DNA of 63,483 nt, from NCBI GenBank assembly GCA_963665615.2, contig CAXXQE010000005.1, forward strand, positions 1-63,483, in the 5' to 3' direction. The translations under genes were made by a program, and so were the position numbers. The notes under the pieces were generated by a model, which was not told where the DNA came from, searched no databases, and saw only the letters and a list, made by a program, of their open reading frames with translations. Shown here piece by piece: positions 11,068 through 26,275 of the stretch; positions within the stretch are counted from its first letter, which is position 1; every line of letters starts with the position of its first letter. Origin of the DNA: Syntrophales bacterium (GTDB taxonomy: Bacteria; Desulfobacterota; Syntrophia; Syntrophales; UBA4778).

Positions 11068-12821
11068 GCTGAAGTCCTTTCCAGGGGAAGCGTAAAACAG
11101 AACGTGCTTCCCTTGCCTTGACTGCTTTCGACCCGCATACGGCCTCCCATCAGGTCTATCAGTCTCTTACAGATGGAAAGCCCTAGCCCGCTCCCCTCGT
11201 ATTTCCTACTTATGCCGGTGTCGACCTGATAAAACGGTTTGAACAACTGATCCAGCTGTTCCGTTTTGATCCCGATACCGGTGTCGGTCACACAGGTGAG
11301 ACAGTGCCCGTTCTCAATGCTGCAGGAAACCCGGATGCATCCCTGTTCCGTGAATTTGACGGCATTGCCGAGCAGGTTCAGCAGCACCTGCTCTACTCTG
11401 CGAACATCGCCGGCGATGGTGCCTACGCCATTTTCGATTATAATGTTCAGCGCAAGCCCTTTCTTCTCGGCCAGCGGCCGGACGCTCTGGACAACCTTGT
11501 GGACCGACGCCCGCATGTCGAAAGGATCGACGGAGAGGTTCAGCTGTCCCGCCTCAATCTTGGAGATGTCCAGAATATCGCTGATCAACGACAACAGGTG
11601 GTTGGCGCTGTTCTTGACCATGGTGAGCTGCTTGGCCTGTTCCTCGTTGATCGCGCCGCTCATCCCCTGAAGCATGATGCCTGTAAACCCTATGATCGAG
11701 TTAAGCGGCGTGCGCAGCTCATGGGACATAGTGGCGAGAAAGGCGGATTTCAATCGGTCTGCGGCCCGTGCATCTTCCATGGCCTGCTCAAGCGACGCCG
11801 TGCGCTCGATGATGCGCTGCTCCATTTCCCGATTGACCTGTTGGAGTTCCCGGGTGCGCACATGAACCTGATGCCTCAACGCGACGCTTCCCCCCAGACT
11901 CACAATCAGTACGACGATTGCAGCGAGGCCGGATATTTGCGCCCATAGCGGGAATTTGAATTGGACCTCTTCGGACGTCCATCTTTTAATCGACTCGTAA
12001 TACGCCGATTGAGGATCTTCTTTCATTTTTGCAAGATGGCGGTCGATGATGTCCAGCAATTGTCCGGAAGCCTTTCTGGGCGCTGCGAAAAAGAAAGGGG
12101 CAGGGTCGAATATGATAGGGGTATCTTCAAGCCCAAACTTCCTTGCGTGGATTAATCCATAATAACGGTTTGTTATGACGGCATCCACCTTTCCGCTGGC
12201 GATCATTTCAAACTCGGTTTTATAGTCTCTCACGGGAACGAGCGTTATTTTCGATCCGAAGCTATTAGTGAGCCGAGTGAAGCTTTCCAGTTGAATCGTA
12301 TTTTCCAGGGCCGCAACCCGTTTTCCGTTCAAGTCCAATACCGAACGTATATTGCTGCCTTTGGGGGCGTAGACCTGAGACCAAATGGACAGTACCGGAT
12401 CTTTATGAAAAGAGTATATTTTTTCACGTTCCGACGTATAAGCTACATCGGGCATAAGATCGATTTCTCCTTTAGATAGGCGGTCCAATCCCTCTGCCCA
12501 TGTGCCTGAGACATATTTCAACTTCCATCCTTCACTTCTTGCTATATTTTCTATGATATCGATAAAGATGCCCGAGGGGCGGCCGTCCTTCGACGTGAAG
12601 ACTTTCGGCTCGTTTTCATAAACACCAACAGTCACGGTCCTGTCGGCGGCCTGCGCCGATGGAATACCGAGACATATTAAAAGCGAAAGGCTTATGAGGT
12701 ATCTTAAATAACGTATAGAGGACAAGAGGATAAATAGACCACAAGCATTAATGCATACCTGAATATCGTTCATATATTTTAACTTATATGCAAAAAAAGT
12801 TTGCGGATTGAGTTCCTTCAA
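11064..12821 (-). CDS. Sensor kinase with periplasmic solute-binding (family 3) input domain
   Basis: Signal/TM segment, VGVYENEP...GIFIDI...GEIDLMP binding fold, TM, SHELRTPL, HATPase boxes. Confidence 0.92.
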   Translation of the reverse strand: MKELNPQTFFAYKLKYMNDIQVCINACGLFILLSSIRYLRYLISLSLLICLGIPSAQAADRTVTVGVYENEPKVFTSKDGRPSGIFIDIIENIARSEGWKLKYVSGTWAEGLDRLSKGEIDLMPDVAYTSEREKIYSFHKDPVLSIWSQVYAPKGSNIRSVLDLNGKRVAALENTIQLESFTRLTNSFGSKITLVPVRDYKTEFEMIASGKVDAVITNRYYGLIHARKFGLEDTPIIFDPAPFFFAAPRKASGQLLDIIDRHLAKMKEDPQSAYYESIKRWTSEEVQFKFPLWAQISGLAAIVVLIVSLGGSVALRHQVHVRTRELQQVNREMEQRIIERTASLEQAMEDARAADRLKSAFLATMSHELRTPLNSIIGFTGIMLQGMSGAINEEQAKQLTMVKNSANHLLSLISDILDISKIEAGQLNLSVDPFDMRASVHKVVQSVRPLAEKKGLALNIIIENGVGTIAGDVRRVEQVLLNLLGNAVKFTEQGCIRVSCSIENGHCLTCVTDTGIGIKTEQLDQLFKPFYQVDTGISRKYEGSGLGLSICKRLIDLMGGRMRVESSQGKGSTFCFTLPLERTSA

Positions 12822-13248
12822 ATTAGCCGCTGTAGCGTGCGTCCGATTTTATAGTTCTAAGTTTTATCTGTGTAATAACTTATCTAATTTTATTCTGACG
12901 GCCAGCTCCGGCTTCTCGAACTCAGGAAAAAATGAAGATAGATTGACATTTTATTCCGCGTCATTCCCGTGGAATATATTTCTAAGACAGAAAGCAAGAT
13001 ATGTGCCCCTTTCACCAAATGCCTCTCAGCAAAAGACTTCGATGAATATTCTTGTGTTTTGAATCAGTTACGAAATGGTGAATGAATTTATTTTTATTTC
13101 CTGCCTGTAGAATTAGGATAATGTCCGGGAGAATCGGATTATTCCTCGGAAATCGGACATGTGATTTTGTCGATATAGGGACGTTATGTGATTCGTCGAC
13201 ATCGTAAAGCTTTGTCAGGAATATTCTATTCTTCTGCCTTTGAGCGAT

Positions 13249-13380
13249 ACCCATCTATTGGATCGCGGGGAAGACATCCGTGTCATACAGTCATTGCTCG
13301 GTCACGCGGATGTCGGCACAACACAGATTTACACTTATGTAAATGTCAGTCTTCTCAAAAGGGGGATTGACAAACTTTGA
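13249..13380 (+). pseudogene. C-terminal remnant of a tyrosine integrase
   Basis: Translates [43 protein letters not shown], paralleling the end of 53749..54750 ([43 protein letters not shown]). Confidence 0.9.
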
Positions 13381-13429
13381 TGTGGACACATATGGACATT
13401 TTGCTCAGAAAAACGAAAGGGGTTACGAA

Positions 13430-13494
13430 ATTCGTAACCCCTTAATATTTGGTGAGCCCTGTCGGGATCGAACCGACAACCTACTGATTAAGAG
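13430..13494. repeat. att site: displaced 3' part of tRNA-Lys (65-bp direct repeat)
   Basis: Identical to 54797..54861. Confidence 0.95.
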
Positions 13495-13535
13495 AAATTA
13501 ACCTCCGAGCTTCACAACTCCTCAAAGATTGGTTA

Positions 13536-14864
13536 TGGAGTTGCCCCTATTTCACCGGACACTGTTCTAACTTATTTTGATGTCTCCTATACTCCCTGGG
13601 CGACATCATTTTCAATCCCTTGTGCGGATGGTTTTCATTGTAGTCTACGAACCATCCGGGCAGTTGCTTCATGACCGTTTCGGCATCAGTCAGGATATTC
13701 AGATGAACATAATCCCTCTTGAAGGTCTTGACAAAGGATTCGGCCATGCCGTTCGATTCCGGGCTGTAGAACGGGGTCGTGCAGACCTCAAGCCCCATCA
13801 TCTGCCCAAAGCTTTTCGTTTCCCTGGCGGTATACGCAGGACCATTATCGCTCAGCCACTGGATTCTGTGGGGCAGCCGATTGATCATACCGAAACGGGC
13901 TTCAATGGCTTCCGCCATCAAGTCCCTGACCATGTCGCCGGATACGCCCCCTGTCGTGGCTATATAACTCATGATTTCCCTGTCGCAACAATCCATGCTG
14001 AACGCTACCCGGAGACGGTCCCCATTCCAGCAGGCAATCTCAAACGCATCGGAACACCAACGAAGATCGCTCCGTCTCGTCGTGACCTTACCCTCGTGAA
14101 GCCTTGCCGGCCTACCCGTATGCCGCTGAAGAAGCAGATTGTGCATCTTCATGAGACGATAAATCCGTTTGGGGTTAACTCCCGGATGCCCCTGACGTTC
14201 CAGAAACCTGTTGATTCTTGCCGTTACTCTCCGATAGCCGTAACTGGGACGATTATCAATAACCTGCCTGATCAGAAGAAGATATCTGCCATCGTCGCCT
14301 CTCCTGTAATGGCGGCTTCTCGAATCGGCTTCCTTTCCTTGCCTTTCGTACTGCCGGGAACGGGAAACGTCCAGCGTATCGACAACCGTCTTCATCGGGA
14401 ATCGTCCTCCGGCAACAACGGCAACCGCGAGATCAGTTTTTTTTCACGGGCAATCCGGACAGCCTCTCTTAATATCTCCACCTCCATTGTCTTTTTGCCC
14501 AGAAGACGCTCCAACTCCCGGATCTGCTTCTTCAGTTCTCTGGCTTCCGATGCAGGAACGACGCCTTCATCTGCACCAACCGCCGACAGAGCCCCTTCTT
14601 CGGCAAGCCTGCGCCAGTGGAACAACTGGTTCGGATGGATGTCATACTTCCGGGCTACAGCCGAGATGCTCATTCCCGGCTGCTCCGCCTCCCGCACCAT
14701 CGACTTCTTCTCGGCAGCCGACCAGCGACGTCGCCTCTGTACACCGACGATCACTTCTACAGGAACCATAAACACCTTCTTTCTGGTTGTAGTAATATCT
14801 CTATATCTATTCCTACAACTTATTTCCAGATTCAAAGTGTCCGGTTCAATTGGGGGCTACTTCA
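13536..14864 (-). mobile_element. IS3-family (IS2-like) insertion sequence, 1329 bp
   Basis: Ends TGGAGTTGCCCC... / ...GGGGCTACTTCA; 5-bp TSD GGTTA at 13531 and 14865; orfA 14392..14835 (HTH), orfB 13547..14395 (DDE: WCSD, WLSDNG, AESF); A8 slippery run near the end of orfA. Confidence 0.95.
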
Positions 14865-15145
14865 GGTTAATTATTCTATTTCATTAGGCAATATACCTTA
14901 TTTAGATTTGCCGATCTTCTCCAATATTGTCATATATTGGCATCTTTTTCTCACATAACTCTCACACGGATTCACCAATGATATAATAATGGATTTGACG
15001 ACGAAAAATGACCACATGTCAACAGCGTATGAATTTTTACTGTGATAAGAGGCTTCTGGGCTGAACACGTAAGATTACAGTGGACATTGCTGGGGAATAG
15101 TGAGGTTGAAGATCGGGACATTTTCCCGACTAGTGACTTTTACAA

Positions 15146-16204
15146 CTAATCCCAAGGAAATGAGGATGCCTTTGACTTATCACCAGATGGAATGGAATCA
15201 TTTTTAATCTCATCCCGCGTGCAACTGGTTATATTCCGTATTTCATTCAAGCCGCTATCAAAATCACTTTTGATCCTATCCAGTACAACATTGATATATG
15301 CTGGATTCTGCATCTCTAGTGCATGGATCTCTTGGTTCTGGCTTTGCAAATATTCGTCGCGGATGAGTTTGGCCAGCTTGTTTTCGTGATTCGGTTCCTC
15401 CTGTTTCAACTCGTGCAGTTTTTTATAAATAGCTGATTTGGATTCACTCGGCCTTATTTTGATTTTCACGGCAGTGACTTTCCGGCCTTTCCCGCGGGCC
15501 ACCTGAGTTTCGTACGTGACCCGAAGGTCTGATTTCTTATTTATCTCATTTATTGCTTTTATAATGATATGCCTATTTAACTCTCCATAACTACTATACT
15601 TTTTTTCGTGTTCACAGCCCATAAGCCTTTTGAAATCATTCAGGGCGATCCATCCGGTTTCTCCTTGCCCTCGCTTCTGAATGTAGTAATCCACCGCTAG
15701 TTCATACAACGCCAAAGCATATTTCGAGGCAAATTTGTTCTGCATCGCCAGACTGATCCGCGCGTATACATCTGGATTGAATAATTTTTCACGCATAGTC
15801 GGCGAGTACGCATAAGTTAATACAGAGCCGTCTGTGATCACTGCTTCAGAGAGCAGAGCTGCCACACCCCACTCTTTAACGCTCTTTTCGGGATCATCGC
15901 CCTTATGCAAAATATCCCACTCGACAACGGTACTGCTGAGAGCAACCAGATCCTTCTTGAGCTTTTTTATATCATGCCATCCTGTACAACTAAGTATATC
16001 GCAGATTCTAATAGTATGTCTTTCCTTAATCGGTAACTCGTTATAGGCATTAGCCAGTAATATGTTGTAGGCTTTACGCTGCAACAACGTTAGATTATTA
16101 CCGGATATTCGCACCGCTGCAGTGTGCTTGTTTATCGCCAACGGCAATCCTGTTTTTTTGATGATTTCAGCAGTGTCAGTCACGATATGCTCCCTTTTTG
16201 ACAA
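15146..16204 (-). CDS. Plasmid replication initiator, Rep_3 (RepB-like) family
   Basis: LTLLQRKAYNILL, SKYALALYEL, FKRLMG...Y..Y.ELNRHII.KAI.EIN are Rep_3 signatures; iterons lie upstream. Confidence 0.85.
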   Translation of the reverse strand: MSKREHIVTDTAEIIKKTGLPLAINKHTAAVRISGNNLTLLQRKAYNILLANAYNELPIKERHTIRICDILSCTGWHDIKKLKKDLVALSSTVVEWDILHKGDDPEKSVKEWGVAALLSEAVITDGSVLTYAYSPTMREKLFNPDVYARISLAMQNKFASKYALALYELAVDYYIQKRGQGETGWIALNDFKRLMGCEHEKKYSSYGELNRHIIIKAINEINKKSDLRVTYETQVARGKGRKVTAVKIKIRPSESKSAIYKKLHELKQEEPNHENKLAKLIRDEYLQSQNQEIHALEMQNPAYINVVLDRIKSDFDSGLNEIRNITSCTRDEIKNDSIPSGDKSKASSFPWD

Positions 16205-16280
16205 GATTTTACTACAGATTTTTGCTATGTCAATATATTTTTACATGTTGGCATTAATAAGTCCATAATCGTCTTTTTTC

Positions 16281-16353
16281 AGACATAGCGTACTCCGAAA
16301 AAGGACATAGTAAACTCCGAAATATGATATAGAGAACTCCGAAAAAGGACATT
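16281..16353. repeat. 22-bp iterons (replication origin)
   Basis: ACTCCGAAA(AAGGACAT) at 16292, 16314 and 16336, exact 22-bp period, flanked by AT-rich DNA. Confidence 0.85.
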
Positions 16354-17217
16354 ACGTCTTTAGTAAAATACATAATTTTTACAAGTTAGCACACTTGCAT
16401 TATTACCACTGGTGACATATTTCTAAAAACCATGAAAGCCAACACCTCGACCCCCCGACCCCCCGATCCCGGGGGGTGCTCTCTGCCTACGGCATAGCCT
16501 CCGGCAGCGCGCGGATTAATTTCACACAGATTATAACCTTAAAAATAATGTTTTGGCATAACGGAGGCTGCTCGCTGCGCCGTCTCTGCCCCTCCGGGGC
16601 AGGGGGCGCGGCTCTAATGGAGCTGCTATGCAGCCTCCTTTTCCCCTCTCCATTGCTTTATCTCAACCTCATAAGTAGATACAGCAAAACGCCCCCGAGA
16701 GATCACGACCATGCATTATCAGTTTTAATGGCGTTATCACTTTTATTGTCATTATGATGCATTTAACCATGTTGGAATAGAACTGATCAATTATCAATTA
16801 AAGGGGATTTTGAGTCCCATCCCCATTATTATTTGTAAGTTTCTTTTATTCGCTTTTGATAGATAACAATTTAATTATATTGCATTAGAAATGAGTGTTA
16901 CCAGAAATCCCCTCGTTGTTGATCTAGCAAAATATCTTTAGTTTTCAGAAAAAATGGTAACCAAAACGGTAACAAAATAAGTCTTCCTTCTGAATGAATG
17001 ACGAGGAGTTGTCGAAACGACTAGTTACCAAACCAAACATCAACCTGATATCGACCACGCGACTGAACCGATTATACGGTCGGAGTGTTCTGGATTCTAT
17101 TGACAGGTGGCGCGCTCACTTACCAAACTTCTCTAAAGCTCAAACCCGGGAAGATTCGTATCGACCTTTTTAAAATTCTGAGTACATTGTGTATCATCTA
17201 TGAAAAGCAATCTGATT

Positions 17218-17485
17218 TGTGTCTCACAATAGGCATAATGTGAGCCACACAATAGCTGGCTATTTATCAATTCGCGTTTTTGGGTTTTTTTTATCCATAA
17301 GCTGACATTGCTGCGTATCATTCAAGATAAACAATTTCATTTGTGTCTCAAATAGATGACCAACTGATACGCTATCCGCCGCTCCGTTCTGCTCAATACT
17401 CTTAAAAGATAATGATATTAATATATTAATTATACGAGAAAACCCTTGACTCTTGCGTCTCATTTCGGTAGACATATGATACACA
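17218..17485. promoter_or_regulatory. Three inverted-repeat operator-like sites upstream of fic
   Basis: TGYGTCTCA-N14-TGA(T/G)(A/C)C(A/G)C at 17218, 17342 and 17454. Confidence 0.6.
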
Positions 17486-17517
17486 AATAATGGTTAAGAT
17501 AATTTCAAGAGGTCGTA

Positions 17518-18612
17518 ATGAAAACCCCATTTAAACCAAAAATGTTGCCACTTGAGAAGATAGATTGGCCTTCCTTGGTAAGTCTGATCTCGGGAGCCAA
17601 TGCGGAATTGGCTAGGTATGATGGATTGCTGGACAGTATTCCGGACGCTGATGTGCTCTTATCCCCTCTCATGACCCAGGAAGCTGTTTTGTCGTCTAAG
17701 ATCGAGGGCACTCAGGCCACACTGGAAGAAGTTCTTGAATTTGAGGTTGCGCCTGATGTGATGGTCGGTAAGCAGGCAGATATCGAAGAGGTCCTGAACT
17801 ACAGAACTGCTTTGAACGCTGCTAAAAAGGAACTGCAAGAGCGGCCCCTTTGCTTGAACCTGATCAAGACTCTCCACTTTATCCTCTTGGATGGTGTACG
17901 AGGCCAGAATAAAGCCAGAGGTGAATTCAGAACAACACAGAACTGGATAGGGAAGCCCGGAACACCGATTGATCAGGCAAGCTATGTCCCCCCTTCGCCG
18001 GATACGATTATGGAATACTTGTCTAACTGGGAGCATTATTGTCACCACGAAGAAAAAGACAAACTGGTCCAGCTTTCGATCATTCATGCTCAGATGGAAA
18101 TCATTCATCCCTTTCTTGACGGGAATGGAAGGATAGGGCGGATATTGATCCCGCTCTTTCTCTGGGACCGAAAGCTATTGAACAGCCCGGTATTTTACAT
18201 AAGTGCCTATTTTGAGAAGAACCGGAGCGAGTATTATTCAAAACTGCTGGCTATTTCAGAAGAAGACAACTGGAATTCGTGGATTGAATATTTTCTGAGG
18301 GCAATTATTGAACAGGCCAAAGAGAATATCAAGAAAGTGAAGGCGATCAGAGAACTGCACGATAAACTGGAAAAGGACATTGCTTCGCTTACGCGCTCGC
18401 ATCATTCCTTCCAGATACTGGATTTCCTGTTTCGCCGTCCGATATTCACAGGTTCCAACTTTTCCTCTCAAACAGAAATTGCCAAACCAAGTGCCGCTCG
18501 AATCCTGAAACTCTTGCTGGATGAAAAAATTGTCTATCAAGTCCAGCCGGCAAAAGGACGGAAGCCAGCCCGCTACTGTTTCCCCGAACTTTTGAGATTG
18601 ATTCAGGAATAA
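17518..18612 (+). CDS. Fic-domain protein with C-terminal HTH
   Basis: HPFLDGNGRIGR Fic motif; SSKIEG inhibitory motif. Confidence 0.95.
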   Translation: MKTPFKPKMLPLEKIDWPSLVSLISGANAELARYDGLLDSIPDADVLLSPLMTQEAVLSSKIEGTQATLEEVLEFEVAPDVMVGKQADIEEVLNYRTALNAAKKELQERPLCLNLIKTLHFILLDGVRGQNKARGEFRTTQNWIGKPGTPIDQASYVPPSPDTIMEYLSNWEHYCHHEEKDKLVQLSIIHAQMEIIHPFLDGNGRIGRILIPLFLWDRKLLNSPVFYISAYFEKNRSEYYSKLLAISEEDNWNSWIEYFLRAIIEQAKENIKKVKAIRELHDKLEKDIASLTRSHHSFQILDFLFRRPIFTGSNFSSQTEIAKPSAARILKLLLDEKIVYQVQPAKGRKPARYCFPELLRLIQE

Positions 18613-18639
18613 TGTCATCCCCCAACTTAACTGGTTCGG

Positions 18640-23143
<4,504 letters not shown>

Positions 23144-23327
23144 CGTTACTATCTTAAATATTGAATTTATAATATATTGTGCTGTTCCTTGCGCGTATGC
23201 CTCAAAACAATTGCTTTACGATATTCAGTTTTCAAAGAGCTTTTGCCAAATAGCCAGAAATACAAATAGTTATCGCCAGCGCGACCGTCCCGGGAAATCC
23301 ATGCCCGCTTGGGGTTCGCGCAAGGGC
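23144..23327 (-). promoter_or_regulatory. CRISPR leader
   Basis: Largely AT-rich non-coding stretch between cas2 and the first repeat. Confidence 0.85.
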
Positions 23328-23618
23328 CTACACGATCAACGGTCCCTCCTGATCGATGGATGGCTTCGCACCGATATGCTCCACCCGCCTTTTCCAGTTC
23401 GATCCCAGGTAGTAAAACCGGAGGCTGTCCACTTTATCATCAATTTCACGGATCAACCGGTCTTTAAGAACGGTCCATTGTGCCGGATCGACCACGCACT
23501 CGAAGACGGAATACTGGACCCTCTGGCCGTAATCCAGACAAGCCCTCGCTACGCGACGCAGCCGTTTCGGTCCGCCGTCGTCTTCCATCGAAACATCGTA
23601 ACTCACCAATACCATCAT
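23328..23618 (-). CDS. cas2: Cas2
   Basis: VLVSYDV...[20 protein letters not shown]...DSLRFY. Confidence 0.97.
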   Translation of the reverse strand: MMVLVSYDVSMEDDGGPKRLRRVARACLDYGQRVQYSVFECVVDPAQWTVLKDRLIREIDDKVDSLRFYYLGSNWKRRVEHIGAKPSIDQEGPLIV

Positions 23619-23634
23619 CGGACCGCCCCCAATT

Positions 23635-24666
23635 TCACTTCCAGATAAACGGCGGATAGCCGTCCAGGTCGCCCCTTAGAAACCTCGCCAGCAAAAGGGC
23701 CTGCACATGAAAAAGCAGGCCGATGGAAACCTTCTCTTCGATAAAGGGATGCGTCATTTCTTCCTGTTTCCGTTCCTGATATGAAACCAGGACTGTTTTC
23801 CGGGTCTCGTCGCTCATCGTAACGGCGCCGGTTTCCGATTGATCGAATCCCTTATCCTGGACACGGCGCATGTTGATCAGGGAAAGCGCCAGGCGATCAG
23901 CGATAAAGGGCCTGAATTCCTCCATTATGTCGAGGGCAAGCCCGGGCCGGCCAGGCCGGTCCCGATGGAGGAATCCCACAGCAGGGTCGAGGCCGACGCC
24001 TTCGAGTGCACTCCGGACATCGTGCACCAGTAAGGTATAGATGAAAGACAAAAGGCCGTTGACGTTGTCCAGCGGCGGGCGCCTGTTCCTCTCCTGAAAT
24101 GAAAAGGCCTCTTTCTGAGAAACGATCAGATGATCGAAAATGCCGAAATAAACATGAGCGGCGTCGCCCTCGATCCCGCGCATGGCGTCCAGGTCCTTCT
24201 CTCGTTCGAGGGCCTCAAGGCTGCGCCCAAGGGATGACAGGGCGCTGCGGAGTTCGCCCTCCGCGATTTTACCGGTATGGTCGCGGAGCGCCCGCTGGAT
24301 TACCGTCCGGCTGTTGGCGATCTTGCCCGTCACGAAATATTTCGCCATAGCCGCCGCAAAGGCCGTATCGTCGGCCTTTCGATACTGTTCCCGGCGGAGG
24401 AGCACATTCCCCGCAACGGGTCCCTGGACCCTCGCCAGGAACCGTCCCTGTTCGGTCAGGAAGCTCATGCAGACGCCATTCTCGGCGCAAAAGCCCATCA
24501 GGAACGGGCTGCACATGACATTGCCGAAACAGACGATACCACCCAGGGTATGGACGGGAACACGCAGGCGGACTTCCTTTCCAATATTGACCAAGACGGT
24601 TTCGCCTTCCTTGGACAGGTAGGCCCCCTGGGTCGTTACGAAAAGGGTATTCAGAAGTTTTTTCAT
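23635..24666 (-). CDS. cas1: Cas1 (type I-C)
   Basis: [45 protein letters not shown]. Confidence 0.97.
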   Translation of the reverse strand: MKKLLNTLFVTTQGAYLSKEGETVLVNIGKEVRLRVPVHTLGGIVCFGNVMCSPFLMGFCAENGVCMSFLTEQGRFLARVQGPVAGNVLLRREQYRKADDTAFAAAMAKYFVTGKIANSRTVIQRALRDHTGKIAEGELRSALSSLGRSLEALEREKDLDAMRGIEGDAAHVYFGIFDHLIVSQKEAFSFQERNRRPPLDNVNGLLSFIYTLLVHDVRSALEGVGLDPAVGFLHRDRPGRPGLALDIMEEFRPFIADRLALSLINMRRVQDKGFDQSETGAVTMSDETRKTVLVSYQERKQEEMTHPFIEEKVSIGLLFHVQALLLARFLRGDLDGYPPFIWK

Positions 24667-25310
24667 GCCTCATCCTTTATCATACGCGACAGATAGGATT
24701 TGATGGACCTCTTCTTGTGCAGCGCTTTCGGCTGGCACAGCGAGGACATGGAACAATTTCCGCACGCCCCGGAATAGACCGGCTTGGGTGTCGCGCCGGA
24801 GGAGATCAATGTGCGGGCCTGTTCGGCGGCCTGTTCCGTCGCTTTTCTCAGGGAGTCGTCGAAAGCGACGTCCAGACGGCGGCGGGTCCTGCCGTAGAAG
24901 ATCGCGCCGCAGGGAATGGCCGTCGCAAGCATTTCTTCCAGGCAGATCGCCTGGGCGCAAAGCTGTATCCTGTCGCAATCGTCAGGCTTCGGCTTGCCCC
25001 GTTTATACTCCACGGGGAACGGCCGCCAAGCACCGTCGGGCAGCCGGTGATATTCCACGACGTCCGCCTTTCCGGTCAAACCGAGACGCAGGGAACGGAG
25101 GCCGACGCCCCGTTCGATCCGGACGTCGCCCCGCGATTCCCAGTCCTCTTCGTGTACTCTTTCGTGCATGAGACGCCCTTCCGCCGTCAATCGATTCTCC
25201 GTCCATGCCTGTTCGATGTGAATCAAGGCGCATTGGCGCGGACAGAAAGCGATATGCTGCAAAGCGGAAAGCTGGATCAGATCGTCGGTGTCGTACATGT
25301 CACTAGTCAT
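24663..25310 (-). CDS. cas4: Cas4
   Basis: FCPRQ, ADVVE, PVEYKRG, QLCAQ and C-terminal CxxCx5C Fe-S motif. Confidence 0.97.
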   Translation of the reverse strand: MTSDMYDTDDLIQLSALQHIAFCPRQCALIHIEQAWTENRLTAEGRLMHERVHEEDWESRGDVRIERGVGLRSLRLGLTGKADVVEYHRLPDGAWRPFPVEYKRGKPKPDDCDRIQLCAQAICLEEMLATAIPCGAIFYGRTRRRLDVAFDDSLRKATEQAAEQARTLISSGATPKPVYSGACGNCSMSSLCQPKALHKKRSIKSYLSRMIKDEA

Positions 25311-25354
25311 TATCCAATAATAAGTATTGCACGCTATTTATTGGCAAAGTCGTC

Positions 25355-26257
25355 TCAAAAACCATCAATTTCTTGTGGTTTGAGACCATCGAGATTTACC
25401 AAAGAGTGACTTCCATCGACATTTACAGTAAGCGTTTTATGTGCTTTTGCAGATGAGTATTGCCCAACCTTGCCGGATTTATGCTCCCACCATATAACTT
25501 TCCGCACGGCCATACTCCCTTCCGGGCGAGCAGAGGAGGCATCATTTTCAAAGAGCCTGGGAAGAATCTCTTTAATGACCGCAGCATCCTCATCCGAAAA
25601 AAAAGTGCGTTCAGCAAGCTGGGGATTCATGCTTCCGTAAGTGACATAAATTCCGCTGTCAACGCGGTGTTTCATACCCATGGTGTCGGGACCACGCTTG
25701 CCGTCTTTGGTTTCTTCGGCATTGACACTTTTCGTAATTTGGGTACTGGAAACACTCACGGGATCAATACTAAAGGCAGAATGAATTGTGACCGGGCCGC
25801 GAATACCGATTGATACGCCGGTATCACCTTCAGATTCTCCTTCCTCTTTCTTTTTCCCTTTCCTGTCCGATTTAAAAGCAAACAACTGTCCGAAAGCGCG
25901 AACGTCAATCCATGCCTCACAAGCTTTCTTTACCGTTTCTGCTCCGCCGAGGTCTTTACCAAGCGCCGCCTCAGCGCGGGCCTTGAGGCTCTTGGCGTCA
26001 TCGCATTTGCGATCGTCAGACTGCACGAAAACGGCTTGGCCCTTGTCGTTTCCCTCATTTTTCTTTTTAAGATCAACAAACCGCTCCATCATGCGATCCC
26101 GGATCTTCCGTTTGAGACACACATCAGTGATCTCGCCAAGACCTTCATAATCAGTACGAGGGCGGTTCCCATTTAATGGGTCTCCGTTGGGATTGGCATT
26201 CTTCACGCTTATGATAATTGCGAAATCGATCTTTTTGCTCAAAGTAGCCATATGCAT
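25355..26257 (-). CDS. cas7: Cas7c (Csd2)
   Basis: ANPNGDP, TDVCLKRKIRD, DVRAFG, GIRGPV, DTMGMKH. Confidence 0.96.
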   Translation of the reverse strand: MHMATLSKKIDFAIIISVKNANPNGDPLNGNRPRTDYEGLGEITDVCLKRKIRDRMMERFVDLKKKNEGNDKGQAVFVQSDDRKCDDAKSLKARAEAALGKDLGGAETVKKACEAWIDVRAFGQLFAFKSDRKGKKKEEGESEGDTGVSIGIRGPVTIHSAFSIDPVSVSSTQITKSVNAEETKDGKRGPDTMGMKHRVDSGIYVTYGSMNPQLAERTFFSDEDAAVIKEILPRLFENDASSARPEGSMAVRKVIWWEHKSGKVGQYSSAKAHKTLTVNVDGSHSLVNLDGLKPQEIDGF

Positions 26258-26275
26258 TTCTCCTTTCTGAGTTGG

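Noticed and set aside
24001..24010. TTC PAM followed by GAGTGCA in cas1, matching the first 7 nt of mini-array B spacer
   Set aside because: Only 7 nt match, which is plausible by chance. Worth rechecking only if Cascade binding is mapped.
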